This document shows, piece after piece, positions 1 to 7,611 of a stretch of DNA of 39,054 bases (its first letter is position 1; the number at the start of each line of letters is the position of its first letter). The DNA lies in assembly GCA_039715015.1 (NCBI GenBank), contig JBDLIE010000024.1, positions 1 through 39,054 on the forward strand, in the 5' to 3' direction. The translations under genes were made by a program, and so were the position numbers. This DNA comes from Thermodesulfobacteriota bacterium. Lineage in GTDB: Bacteria; Desulfobacterota; Desulfobulbia; Desulfobulbales; SURF-16. The notes beneath the pieces are model-generated. The model made no database searches, was not told the origin of the DNA, and saw nothing but the letters and a program-made list of their open reading frames with translations.

Positions 1-89
1 AAAATATTGGGTGAAAACTAAATTTAATAAGTTGCGAGATGTTAACAAGGCGTAAAGATTAATAGTTCTATACCTTTAGAGAATCACTC

Positions 90-356
90 ATGACAAAAAC
101 GCGAAGAATCGTACTTGATGTACTCAAACCACATCAACCAAATGCCCTGGACTTTTCTTCTGCCTTGGCTGATCTGGGGGCAGATTACCATGTGAAATTG
201 ACAGTTACTGAGGTTGATAAGAACACGGAAAGCACAATTGTGACTATTGAAGGCGCTGATATAAATTTTGAAAATATTAAAAAGTCTATCGAAAAAATGG
301 GGGCATCTGTCCATAGTATTGATGAGGTTGAAGTGTATGGTGATGGCTCAGCATAA
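90..356 (+). CDS. DUF211 family small protein
   Basis: N-terminal RRIVLDVLKPHQP and C-terminal GASVHSIDEV are motifs I recognise as DUF211; adjacent to a VIT1/CCC1-like gene. Confidence 0.85.
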   Translation: MTKTRRIVLDVLKPHQPNALDFSSALADLGADYHVKLTVTEVDKNTESTIVTIEGADINFENIKKSIEKMGASVHSIDEVEVYGDGSA

Positions 357-463
357 TTTTTCAGTCTTCTCGCACATGGTCATTGAGAACCAGAACTATG
401 TAAAAACTACATACAGCTGGTTAAGTCGTATCTCATTAAATTTTGCTGCCTAGATCACATCAT

Positions 464-1048
464 ATGATCTTAAACAATAAACAGCTGATACTACATGTCC
501 TCCGTGCCAGAAGTATTGCACGGCGCTATTTGATTACCAATGGTTTTGATGGCGCATTAACCATGCTGGGTATGGTTACTGGTTTCTATGTAAGTGGCAT
601 GAAAGAACTGTCGGTGGCTATCAGTGCCTGTTTGGGCGCAGTAGTTGCGCTGTTTATAAGCGGTTTAAGTAGCGCCTACCTGAGTGAGAAAGCTGAGCGT
701 GAAAAAGAATTACGTGAATTGGAACAGTCCCTGCTGGTCGACCTGAAAGAGAGTGATTACGGGCAGGCAAGCCGGTATCTGCCGGTACTGGTTGCTCTGG
801 TTAATGGACTTGCACCATTGCTGCTATCTCTGGTGATTCTTTCGCCTTTATTTTTTGCAGAACAACTCCGGGCCCTCCCTTTATCACCTTTTATAAACGC
901 TATTTTTGTAGCACTGATATGTATTTTTTTCCTTGGGGTATTTTTAGGTGAAATCAGTAAGACCTTTTGGCTATGGTCCGGGTTGAGGACATTGATAGCC
1001 GCCATAGTAACGGTGGCAATTATTATATTCTTTGGCCGCTCTATTTAG
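464..1048 (+). CDS. VIT1/CCC1-family (TIGR00267-like) membrane protein, putative metal transporter
   Basis: ARRYLITNGFDGALT, SAYLSEKAEREKELRELE and about 5 hydrophobic segments. ATG at 464 preferred over the TTG at 443. Confidence 0.8.
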   Translation: MILNNKQLILHVLRARSIARRYLITNGFDGALTMLGMVTGFYVSGMKELSVAISACLGAVVALFISGLSSAYLSEKAEREKELRELEQSLLVDLKESDYGQASRYLPVLVALVNGLAPLLLSLVILSPLFFAEQLRALPLSPFINAIFVALICIFFLGVFLGEISKTFWLWSGLRTLIAAIVTVAIIIFFGRSI

Positions 1049-1361
1049 GACTACCTTTAAAAGTATCAGCGTTATTTAAATCTCCGCTGTCAATGAATCA
1101 AGCGGCAAAAAAATGCCGGACAAGCACACTCACCATGCTAGAAGGGGCGCTTTTCGTTTCCACAATAGTCCGGTGGTTTGCTGGTGATGTAAACGTTACC
1201 CCCCATTGCCGACCTGAGCGTGCCGCAGGCCAGCTCTGCCGGGGTGCCCTTTTCGCCCACTTCGCTGGCTGCATTACTTTTTGGGCAATCAAAAAGTAAT
1301 AAAAGTCATAGGCAACCAAGCCCAAATCAAATACAAACGATCCCCTTCCTCCTTAGAACGT

Positions 1362-1400
1362 AAAAAAGGGGAATCACCAACAAGGTGATTCCCCTTTTTT
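1362..1400. terminator. Bidirectional intrinsic terminator downstream of rubredoxin
   Basis: AAAAAAGGGGAATCACC-aacaa-GGTGATTCCCCTTTTTT, a perfect 17-bp inverted repeat including the A/T tracts. Confidence 0.85.
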
Positions 1401-1421
1401 AATTAAAATTTCGTGGCGCCT

Positions 1422-1580
1422 TTAGTCGGCCTTCCAAAAATCTTCCTTCTCAGCGCCGCATTTGGGGCAGACCCAGTCACTGGGCACGTCTTCCCACTTG
1501 GTTCCTGGCTCTACGCCGTTTTCATAATCGCCTTCTTCCGGGTCATAAATGTAGCCGCAGGGGCATTCCCATTTGTCCAT
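1422..1580 (-). CDS. rub: Rubredoxin, 52 aa (not in the ORF track)
   Basis: Hand translation: [52 protein letters not shown]. It has the CGYIYDP..G and WVCPKCG motifs and an AGGAG RBS upstream. Confidence 0.97.
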   Translation of the reverse strand: MDKWECPCGYIYDPEEGDYENGVEPGTKWEDVPSDWVCPKCGAEKEDFWKAD

Positions 1581-1622
1581 TACTGTCTCCTGATCTGTGG
1601 ATGAAAGGTTGCAGGTTTATTC

Positions 1623-1949
1623 TTAGTCCATATTTTCCATGACTTTGCCGCAGCAGGTGGGTAATCCCTCACCCTGGGCAACCTTCATGTATTTATTGCA
1701 TGTCGCGCAGTAATAAGTTGAATCGTTTAGGGCAGTCTCGTCAACACGCTGGGTTACCCCGCCGGGGACTCCTTCGATGACAAAGCGGGCCAGGTTGCTT
1801 TTTTCTGGGATAAACTCGCCGATGGGAGAGAGCCGTTTGTTGTCGTTTAAGCAATCTACCGTAATTCGCCAGAGCGTTTCCATGTCCTGGGTCTCTGTGG
1901 GGTTTTCTGGGACGAATTCAACAACATTTTTGTCTATCGAAATTTTCAT
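1623..1949 (-). CDS. Hypothetical protein with a C-terminal desulforedoxin-like metal-binding domain
   Basis: C-terminus YYCATCNKYMKVAQGEGLPTCCGKVM (CxxC-x14-CC); GAGGA RBS; directly upstream of rubredoxin. Confidence 0.75.
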   Translation of the reverse strand: MKISIDKNVVEFVPENPTETQDMETLWRITVDCLNDNKRLSPIGEFIPEKSNLARFVIEGVPGGVTQRVDETALNDSTYYCATCNKYMKVAQGEGLPTCCGKVMENMD

Positions 1950-1980
1950 TCTTTCCTCGCGGTTTGTTTTAATCTTACTA

Positions 1981-2012
1981 GATGATAATAATTCCTATCT
2001 GGGGAATGTCAA
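1981..2012 (-). promoter_or_regulatory. Sigma70 promoter overlapped by a Fur/PerR-like box
   Basis: Minus strand TTGACA-16nt-TATTAT. 1981-1999 GATGATAATAATTCCTATC matches the classical 19-bp Fur box at 14/19. Confidence 0.55.
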
Positions 2013-2052
2013 CAAAACTTTTCCATAAGAAAACAATACCTTTGGGGAAAAC

Positions 2053-3240
2053 TTAGGCTGTTTGCCGCTCTGATTCAGCGCTGACACCTACCTTGCCGTA
2101 ATGGCTGGCGCCACACTCGTTTTTGCCGAGATCCATGGTGTTTTGTTCAGCAAGGTCCACTGTGAGCCAGCCGGCATTGATACGGCGGATATCGGCATAA
2201 ACCGCAGGCTGTGGACGCAGATTTTCCTGGATAAAATCAGAAAATTTCCCCTCATGAACCATATGGAAGGCAATATTGTCCCTTTTAAGTTGGCCAAGAG
2301 GTGCTGCAAAAATAAAATCGTCAGTGGCCTCATCCCAGCTTGTAAAATGGCCGGGGAGTATGAGGACGTTGTCATCGATATCGCGAAGGGTCACCATCAG
2401 GGTGAGGTAAAGGATGCGGGACCATTCTTCGCTCTTTCCGCCAAGGTCTGGCCGCCCGGCGGACTGGATAAAGATCGTGTCGCCGGTGAGAAGATAGTTG
2501 CCATCAATGAGATAACTGGTGGAGCCCAGGGTATGGCCAGGGGTGTGAACTATTTTGATTTCCGGTCCGCTGCTCAGGGAGAGGATCTGGCCATCTGTGA
2601 GCGGAGTATAGGGAAAGTCTGCTCCAATAAAATCAGGGGCCATGACCATGACTTCTGCGCCAATCTCCTTTTCTAGAAGGAGGCTGCCGGCGATATAATC
2701 GGCCTGGCGATGGGTTTCAAATGTCTTGATGATCTTTGCCCCTTTGTCCTTGGCAAAATCCTGGTAAAATTGGATGTTTGCTGAGGGGTCAAAGACGGCG
2801 GCTTCATCGCCTGCGATCAATAAATAGCTGCACGAGGCCTTGCCGGGACGAATCACTTGGTACAGTTCATAAGGTGCATCATCAGGGCTAAGCTTGCGGG
2901 GGGTCAACATATTGCCCCAGGAGACAATGCCGTCCTGCAAATATCCTACATCGGAGAAGCCGTTTGCCAGCAGTTGATCGCTGACAAATTTTGCCGAGTT
3001 TTCCTTTGCGCAGACCACTCTGATTTTTTGACCTGCCGGGATCTTGGCGATACTGCCCTCAATGTCCTCAATAAAATCGTAATAAGGAATGTTAATATAT
3101 GGAAGAAAGGCGGGGCCTTCCACCGCAAAATTATGGAATTCTTTTTCATTGCGTACATCAAGCATGACGAAATCTGGTTTGCCTGTAAGCTGCTCAAAGA
3201 GATCTTCTGCTGAATAGCGATATGGTTCGGAAGGGGACAT
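2053..3240 (-). CDS. Rhodanese domain + MBL-fold persulfide dioxygenase-like protein (YrkH/CstB-like)
   Basis: N-terminal LDVRN...VVCAKENSA rhodanese loop; MBL motifs ETHRQADY, HTPGHT, LTGDT, GRPDL, LPGH; C-terminal NEC. GGAG RBS supports ATG at 3240. Confidence 0.85.
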   Translation of the reverse strand: MSPSEPYRYSAEDLFEQLTGKPDFVMLDVRNEKEFHNFAVEGPAFLPYINIPYYDFIEDIEGSIAKIPAGQKIRVVCAKENSAKFVSDQLLANGFSDVGYLQDGIVSWGNMLTPRKLSPDDAPYELYQVIRPGKASCSYLLIAGDEAAVFDPSANIQFYQDFAKDKGAKIIKTFETHRQADYIAGSLLLEKEIGAEVMVMAPDFIGADFPYTPLTDGQILSLSSGPEIKIVHTPGHTLGSTSYLIDGNYLLTGDTIFIQSAGRPDLGGKSEEWSRILYLTLMVTLRDIDDNVLILPGHFTSWDEATDDFIFAAPLGQLKRDNIAFHMVHEGKFSDFIQENLRPQPAVYADIRRINAGWLTVDLAEQNTMDLGKNECGASHYGKVGVSAESERQTA

Positions 3241-3280
3241 GCATTTCTCCAAAAAAATGTTAACAGTAATTAATATTAAA

Positions 3281-3339
3281 TTTAAGCAATATACTTAAAA
3301 CAAGAGAAAATTGTAAGTAAGAAGTTCCATAAAAGTCAA
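3281..3339 (-). promoter_or_regulatory. Sigma70 promoter with a downstream palindromic operator for the rhodanese-MBL gene
   Basis: Minus strand TTGACT(3339-3334)-18nt-TACAAT(3315-3310); TTTAAG-N7-CTTAAA at 3281-3299. Confidence 0.5.
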
Positions 3340-3415
3340 TAGAAATGGGTTTGCCCTCCTGGGCAGCAGGGCAAGCGACCGGTTGAAAAACAGCACATTT
3401 TTCGTCTGAAAAATG

Positions 3416-3444
3416 TTGACAGCCAACCTTCCATCGGCTTTAAT
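3416..3444 (+). promoter_or_regulatory. Sigma70 promoter of tRNA-Ala
   Basis: TTGACA-17nt-TTTAAT ending 30 nt before the tRNA. Confidence 0.65.
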
Positions 3445-3474
3445 GCCTCCTCACATTTTCACACGACTTCATGT

Positions 3475-3550
<76 letters not shown>

Positions 3551-3586
3551 CGATATTCTTTCTGTTGTGATCCAGCGGAAAAGTCT

Positions 3587-3624
3587 GCCCCTTGATGTGT
3601 TGATCCACTCAAGGGGCTTTTTTT
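3587..3624 (+). terminator. Intrinsic terminator after tRNA-Ala
   Basis: GCCCCTTGA...TCAAGGGGC followed by a T-run. Confidence 0.7.
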
Positions 3625-4060
3625 ATACCTATTCTTTAGCATTTTCCGTCATTTCCCGTTGTTAAAATCTTCCTGGAAAAGCTGCTTCTGGCCATTGCCG
3701 CCTCTCTGCTCTTGCCTTGGTGCGTAAGAAAAGAAGATAGCGCTTAAGCGCCGGCCGTAGAAAACCATAGACAGGGTAAAGCAACATTGTCTCAACACAG
3801 CGCCCAGCGGCTTTCGCCAAAGGCGTGGTTTGGGAAAAAAGTGGCTCTTGAAAGGGGTCTGTGGTATCAATAATTTGATTTGAGGGCAGGGGATGTGGAT
3901 TTCCCGCATCATCCTTCTCAAGTCTTTTTTTGGTCTTTAATCGGGGAGGGCCTATTAAGTTTTTCCCAATATTAAAGATAAGCCTCTGTTGGTAACGTTG
4001 AATTGGCCTTCTTCCTGCCACAGAGGCTTTTTTTTGTTTCTGAGCCTGGAGCAAGTCATT

Positions 4061-4273
4061 ATGTCGCAAAGTGCCAAGAAGGAACCGAGTCATTCAAAGT
4101 ATGACAAGCCGGTCACCGATGAGTTGATTATGAAGATCAGCAAAGAGGTGGTTGTCAAATTCATCGAAGTGGGCCGTCTGTCGCCTGCAAAATTTGAAGA
4201 GACCTTTCAAGAGGTGCACCGGACGGTCAACAGTGTTGCCAAAGGGGATAGTGTTGACAAGGAGAGAGCATGA
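4061..4273 (+). CDS. Small conserved hypothetical protein (70 aa) coupled to mpl
   Basis: GGAG RBS before ATG 4061; KISKEVVVKFIEVGRLSP motif; stop overlaps the mpl start (ATGA). Confidence 0.8.
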   Translation: MSQSAKKEPSHSKYDKPVTDELIMKISKEVVVKFIEVGRLSPAKFEETFQEVHRTVNSVAKGDSVDKERA

Positions 4274-5724
4274 GTCAAAGCTCGCAATCTTTCTTAGATC
4301 CATCTCTTAATTTTTTCCCAGAAAAACCAAAGCATATCCACCTCATGGGTGTCTGCGGCACTGGCATGGGCGCCATGGCCGGTCTTCTCAAAAAGGCGGG
4401 TTATGCCATTAGTGGTTCTGATAGCCAGGTGTATCCGCCCATGAGTGACTATCTGGCTAAGGCCGGTATCGATGTGCTCGACGGCTATCGCCCCGAAAAT
4501 TTGAATCCACAACCCGATTTGGTGGTGGTGGGCAATGTAATTCGCCGTGATAACCCCGAGGCCCTTGAGCTTGCCCGGCTTAAAATTCCCTATGTCTCCT
4601 TTCCGCAGGCCTTACGTGAGAAGTTTTTGGCTGGGAAGAAATCGCTGGTGGTGGCCGGTACCCATGGTAAGACAACCACCTCTTCTCTGCTGGCCACCAT
4701 GCTGGCAGGGGCTGACCTTGATCCCGGCTTTATGATCGGCGGCATTGTTAAGGCCTTTCAAGCAAATTTTCACCTGGGAGATGGCGACTATTTTGTGGTT
4801 GAAGGTGATGAGTATGACACGGCCTTTTTTGACAAGGGGCCTAAGTTTCTCCATTATCAGCCCCAGATTGCTATTCTCACATCTGTTGAGTTTGACCATG
4901 CTGATATCTATGATGATTTTGAGGCGGTGAAGGCCTCCTTCGCCCGCCTGGTCTCCATTATGCCGGCAGATGGCGTTTTGATCGCCTGTTTTGATGATCC
5001 GGTTGTCCGTGACTTATGTGAGAAGGCTGGCTGTAAGGTGGTGTCCTATGGTGTTGAGCATGGCTGGGACTGGTCCTTTCAGGACATGGCGAGCTCCGGC
5101 GGCACCACCTCCTTTTCTCTTCTTTTGGAGGGGCAAAGGGCTGGAGAGTTTAAAAGCATTATGCCAGGGCGCCATAATGTCCTGAACTCCCTGGCAGTTC
5201 TTGCTGTTTTTGCTGAAATCGGTCTTTCCCAGGAGGTTATGGCCCGTGAGCTTGCCGCTTTTCAGGGCATTCGCCGGCGCCAGGAGGTGCGGGGGGTCGA
5301 AGCCGGGGTGACGGTGATTGATGATTTTGCCCACCACCCCACAGCAGTGGATGAGACATTGGCCGCCCTGAAAGGGGCCTATCCTGACCAGCGCCTTGTT
5401 GCCGTCTTTGAGCCGCGGACTAATTCCAGTCGCCGGACAATCTTCCAGGAACGGTATGCCGAAGTTTTCACCAGCGCCGATGAAGTCATCATCAAAGAAC
5501 CCGATCCTCTCCTTGGGGTGGCGCCTGAAGAGCATTTTTCCGCCCAGCAGCTTGCCACTGATCTTAAGAGGAAGGGACAGCAGGCGGCCAGTTTCCAAAA
5601 CACCGATTCCATCCTCGACCATCTTCAGGCCACGCTTCGTTCAGGAGATGTGGTTGCCATACTTTCCAACGGTGGTTTTGACAATATCCACCAACGTCTT
5701 CTTGATGATTTGCAGGGCGGATAA
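4270..5724 (+). CDS. mpl: Murein peptide ligase (peptidoglycan recycling)
   Basis: HIHLMGVCGTGMG, YPPMS, GTHGKTTTS P-loop, EGDEYDTAFFDKGPKF, DDFAHHPTA, FEPRTNSS, SNGGF. Confidence 0.95.
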   Translation: MSQSSQSFLDPSLNFFPEKPKHIHLMGVCGTGMGAMAGLLKKAGYAISGSDSQVYPPMSDYLAKAGIDVLDGYRPENLNPQPDLVVVGNVIRRDNPEALELARLKIPYVSFPQALREKFLAGKKSLVVAGTHGKTTTSSLLATMLAGADLDPGFMIGGIVKAFQANFHLGDGDYFVVEGDEYDTAFFDKGPKFLHYQPQIAILTSVEFDHADIYDDFEAVKASFARLVSIMPADGVLIACFDDPVVRDLCEKAGCKVVSYGVEHGWDWSFQDMASSGGTTSFSLLLEGQRAGEFKSIMPGRHNVLNSLAVLAVFAEIGLSQEVMARELAAFQGIRRRQEVRGVEAGVTVIDDFAHHPTAVDETLAALKGAYPDQRLVAVFEPRTNSSRRTIFQERYAEVFTSADEVIIKEPDPLLGVAPEEHFSAQQLATDLKRKGQQAASFQNTDSILDHLQATLRSGDVVAILSNGGFDNIHQRLLDDLQGG

Positions 5725-5793
5725 GATGGCTTCCTATGCTATTTCCTTTGTTAAAACAAGATGTTAACAGTTGACAGGTGGAGCTGAAAAAAA

Positions 5794-5831
5794 ATGAATG
5801 GCCATTCATAGTTTTGTGAATAGGCATTCAT
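5794..5831. promoter_or_regulatory. Two tandem palindromic operator-like sites upstream of the nuo-like operon
   Basis: ATGAATGGCCATTCAT (5794-5809, perfect palindrome) and GTGAATAGGCATTCAT (5816-5831), 22 bp centre to centre; TTGACA at 5771 and 5840. Confidence 0.55.
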
Positions 5832-5980
5832 TTTTTTAGTTGACACTGATAAGTGATTAGACTAGAACTTCTCTCTAATTGAGCAGAAATACGGATGCTC
5901 AACAACGTGAATTTGCCATACCTGCCGGACGACTATTGTGCGGCGATGAAATTGGGAGTTTCAGTGGCAAAGACATAATT

Positions 5981-6141
5981 ACAGACTGTTGAAAAACGTA
6001 GCGAGCGCCAGAAAGACACGGGAAAAATGGACGAGAAAGCGAAGCTTACATGTGTAAGTGAGCATTTTGAGACCTTTTTCCTCGGTACCCTTGAGGGGTA
6101 GACGCAGTATTTTCTAGCGTAGTAGTTTTTGAATAGTCTGT
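5981..6141. mobile_element. Non-autonomous MITE-like element (about 160 bp)
   Basis: Terminal inverted repeats ACAGACTGTTGAAAAAC / GTTTTTGAATAGTCTGT (15/17); internally quasi-palindromic; no coding capacity. Confidence 0.75.
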
Positions 6142-6158
6142 GTAAAGGAGTGAAAGTC

Positions 6159-6575
6159 GTGGATATGTCAGCAGCTTCTCTTGGCGATCTTCTCTATATC
6201 GCCGTCTTCTTTCTCGGAGGCCTTGGTTTTGCCCTGGGCCCATTCATTCTTGTCTTTTTTATCAGCCCCAGAAAAACAAGAAATATTGCAAATAAAACAG
6301 GTCAGTTCATCGAATGTGGTGTGGAGCCAATCGGCCCTGCCTGGATTCGTTACGGTGTGGTGTTTTATCTCTACGCCCTGATGTTTCTCGCCTTTGATGT
6401 TGATGTTCTGTTTCTCTTTCCTGTGGCGATGGCCTATAACTCCGGACAGTTTGCCGGTGGATATAGGGATTTTGTAGAGATCGTCATCTTTGTTGGAATT
6501 CTGTCACTGGCACTCGTCTATGCCTGGAAAAAGGGAGTCTTCAAGTGGGATCGGAAAGTATACCGTCATCAATAG
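6159..6575 (+). CDS. nuoA: Complex I-like subunit A
   Basis: IECG loop, [33 protein letters not shown] before GTG 6159 (alternative ATG 6165). Confidence 0.95.
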   Translation: MDMSAASLGDLLYIAVFFLGGLGFALGPFILVFFISPRKTRNIANKTGQFIECGVEPIGPAWIRYGVVFYLYALMFLAFDVDVLFLFPVAMAYNSGQFAGGYRDFVEIVIFVGILSLALVYAWKKGVFKWDRKVYRHQ

Positions 6576-7054
6576 TTCAGCTTTCAACGGTCGATAAGGT
6601 TCTTGAAATCGGCCGGGCTAATTCACTGTGGCCCATGACTTTTGGTCTGGCCTGCTGCGCCATTGAAATGATGGCCGCCGGTGCCAGCCGTTTTGACCTC
6701 TCCCGTTTCGGAGCAGAGGTGTTTAGGCCTTCACCTAGGCAATGTGATGTCATGATCGTTGCTGGCACCATCTCCAAAAAGATGTTGCCGGCAGTTAAGA
6801 CCCTCTACGATCAAATGCCGGAGCCCAAATGGGTCATTGCCATGGGCAACTGTGCCATCTCCGGCGGCCCGTTCAAGTTTGACGGCCAGTACGGCATCGT
6901 CGAAGGGGCCGATACCTTCCTGCCGGTGGATATCTATATTCCAGGCTGTCCGCCTCGGCCTGAGGCCTTGATCGAGGGTATTCTGGAGCTTGAAGAAAAG
7001 ATTACCGGCAACCGCAGGTGGCCGCGAGTCGAATCCGGGTTGAGTCAGCCATGA
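6545..7054 (+). CDS. nuoB: Complex I-like subunit B (N2 cluster)
   Basis: [49 protein letters not shown]. Confidence 0.97.
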   Translation: MGSESIPSSIVQLSTVDKVLEIGRANSLWPMTFGLACCAIEMMAAGASRFDLSRFGAEVFRPSPRQCDVMIVAGTISKKMLPAVKTLYDQMPEPKWVIAMGNCAISGGPFKFDGQYGIVEGADTFLPVDIYIPGCPPRPEALIEGILELEEKITGNRRWPRVESGLSQP

Positions 7055-7608
7055 ATAAAGAAAATGTAATTCAGGAATTGAAGGCCCTGGCTGCGGAAGG
7101 TATGCCCGACGAGCCAGAAGTGGCATCTGCTGCCCCAGAAGCAGTCCCTGAGGGTGAGGAAGAGGCGAAGCCTAAGAAGAAGGCCGCTCCTCCTGAACCC
7201 CGCAAGAATGGCCTGCTTGAGGTCGATTATGCCGTCAAGGGTGTCCATGTCGATGCGCAGGTCAACAGCGATCAGGTTGTCCGGGCCGCCCAGATTGCCG
7301 ACGAGGCGGGTATGAGCCTGGAGGCCATTACCGGTGTCGACTGGATCAAGGACAAGGAGATGGAGGTCATCTACGACTACTCCTACACCGGCGGCGAATG
7401 TTTCCGCCTTGTTGTCCGCGCCCGTATCCCTCGCGATGAGCCAACTATTTCCACAATCTCAGAGGTCTTTCCCGGCGCCAACTGGCATGAGCGGGAGACC
7501 TTTGATTTCTTCGGGATAAATTTCGAAGGTCATCCGCAGTTAGAGTACCTTCTGTTGCCGGAAGATTGTGATTTCCATCCCTTGCTCAAAGATTTCAAAG
7601 GATGTTAA
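7051..7608 (+). CDS. nuoC: Complex I-like subunit C with an acidic/Pro-rich N-terminal extension
   Basis: [32 protein letters not shown] overlap with nuoB. Confidence 0.93.
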   Translation: MNKENVIQELKALAAEGMPDEPEVASAAPEAVPEGEEEAKPKKKAAPPEPRKNGLLEVDYAVKGVHVDAQVNSDQVVRAAQIADEAGMSLEAITGVDWIKDKEMEVIYDYSYTGGECFRLVVRARIPRDEPTISTISEVFPGANWHERETFDFFGINFEGHPQLEYLLLPEDCDFHPLLKDFKGC

Positions 7609-7611
7609 GCC

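Noticed and set aside
967..1325. ORFs 967-1299 (+) and 1098-1325 (-)
   Set aside because: No recognisable motifs or convincing RBS; the region looks like non-coding repeat-type DNA.
1413..1604. 63-aa plus-strand ORF
   Set aside because: It is the antisense shadow of the rubredoxin at 1422-1580.
3649..4093. Minus-strand ORFs of 90 and 143 aa after tRNA-Ala
   Set aside because: No motif, two competing frames, and the longer overlaps the gene at 4061. A small gene cannot be excluded but is not supportable.
5814..5833. Rex operator (TTGTGAA half-site) upstream of nuo
   Set aside because: Spacing to the second half is 6 nt rather than 4, and the site fits the repeated TGAAT-N4-ATTCA palindrome better.
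5870..6158. Riboswitch in the long nuoA leader
   Set aside because: No known aptamer motif recognised; most of the length is explained by the MITE.
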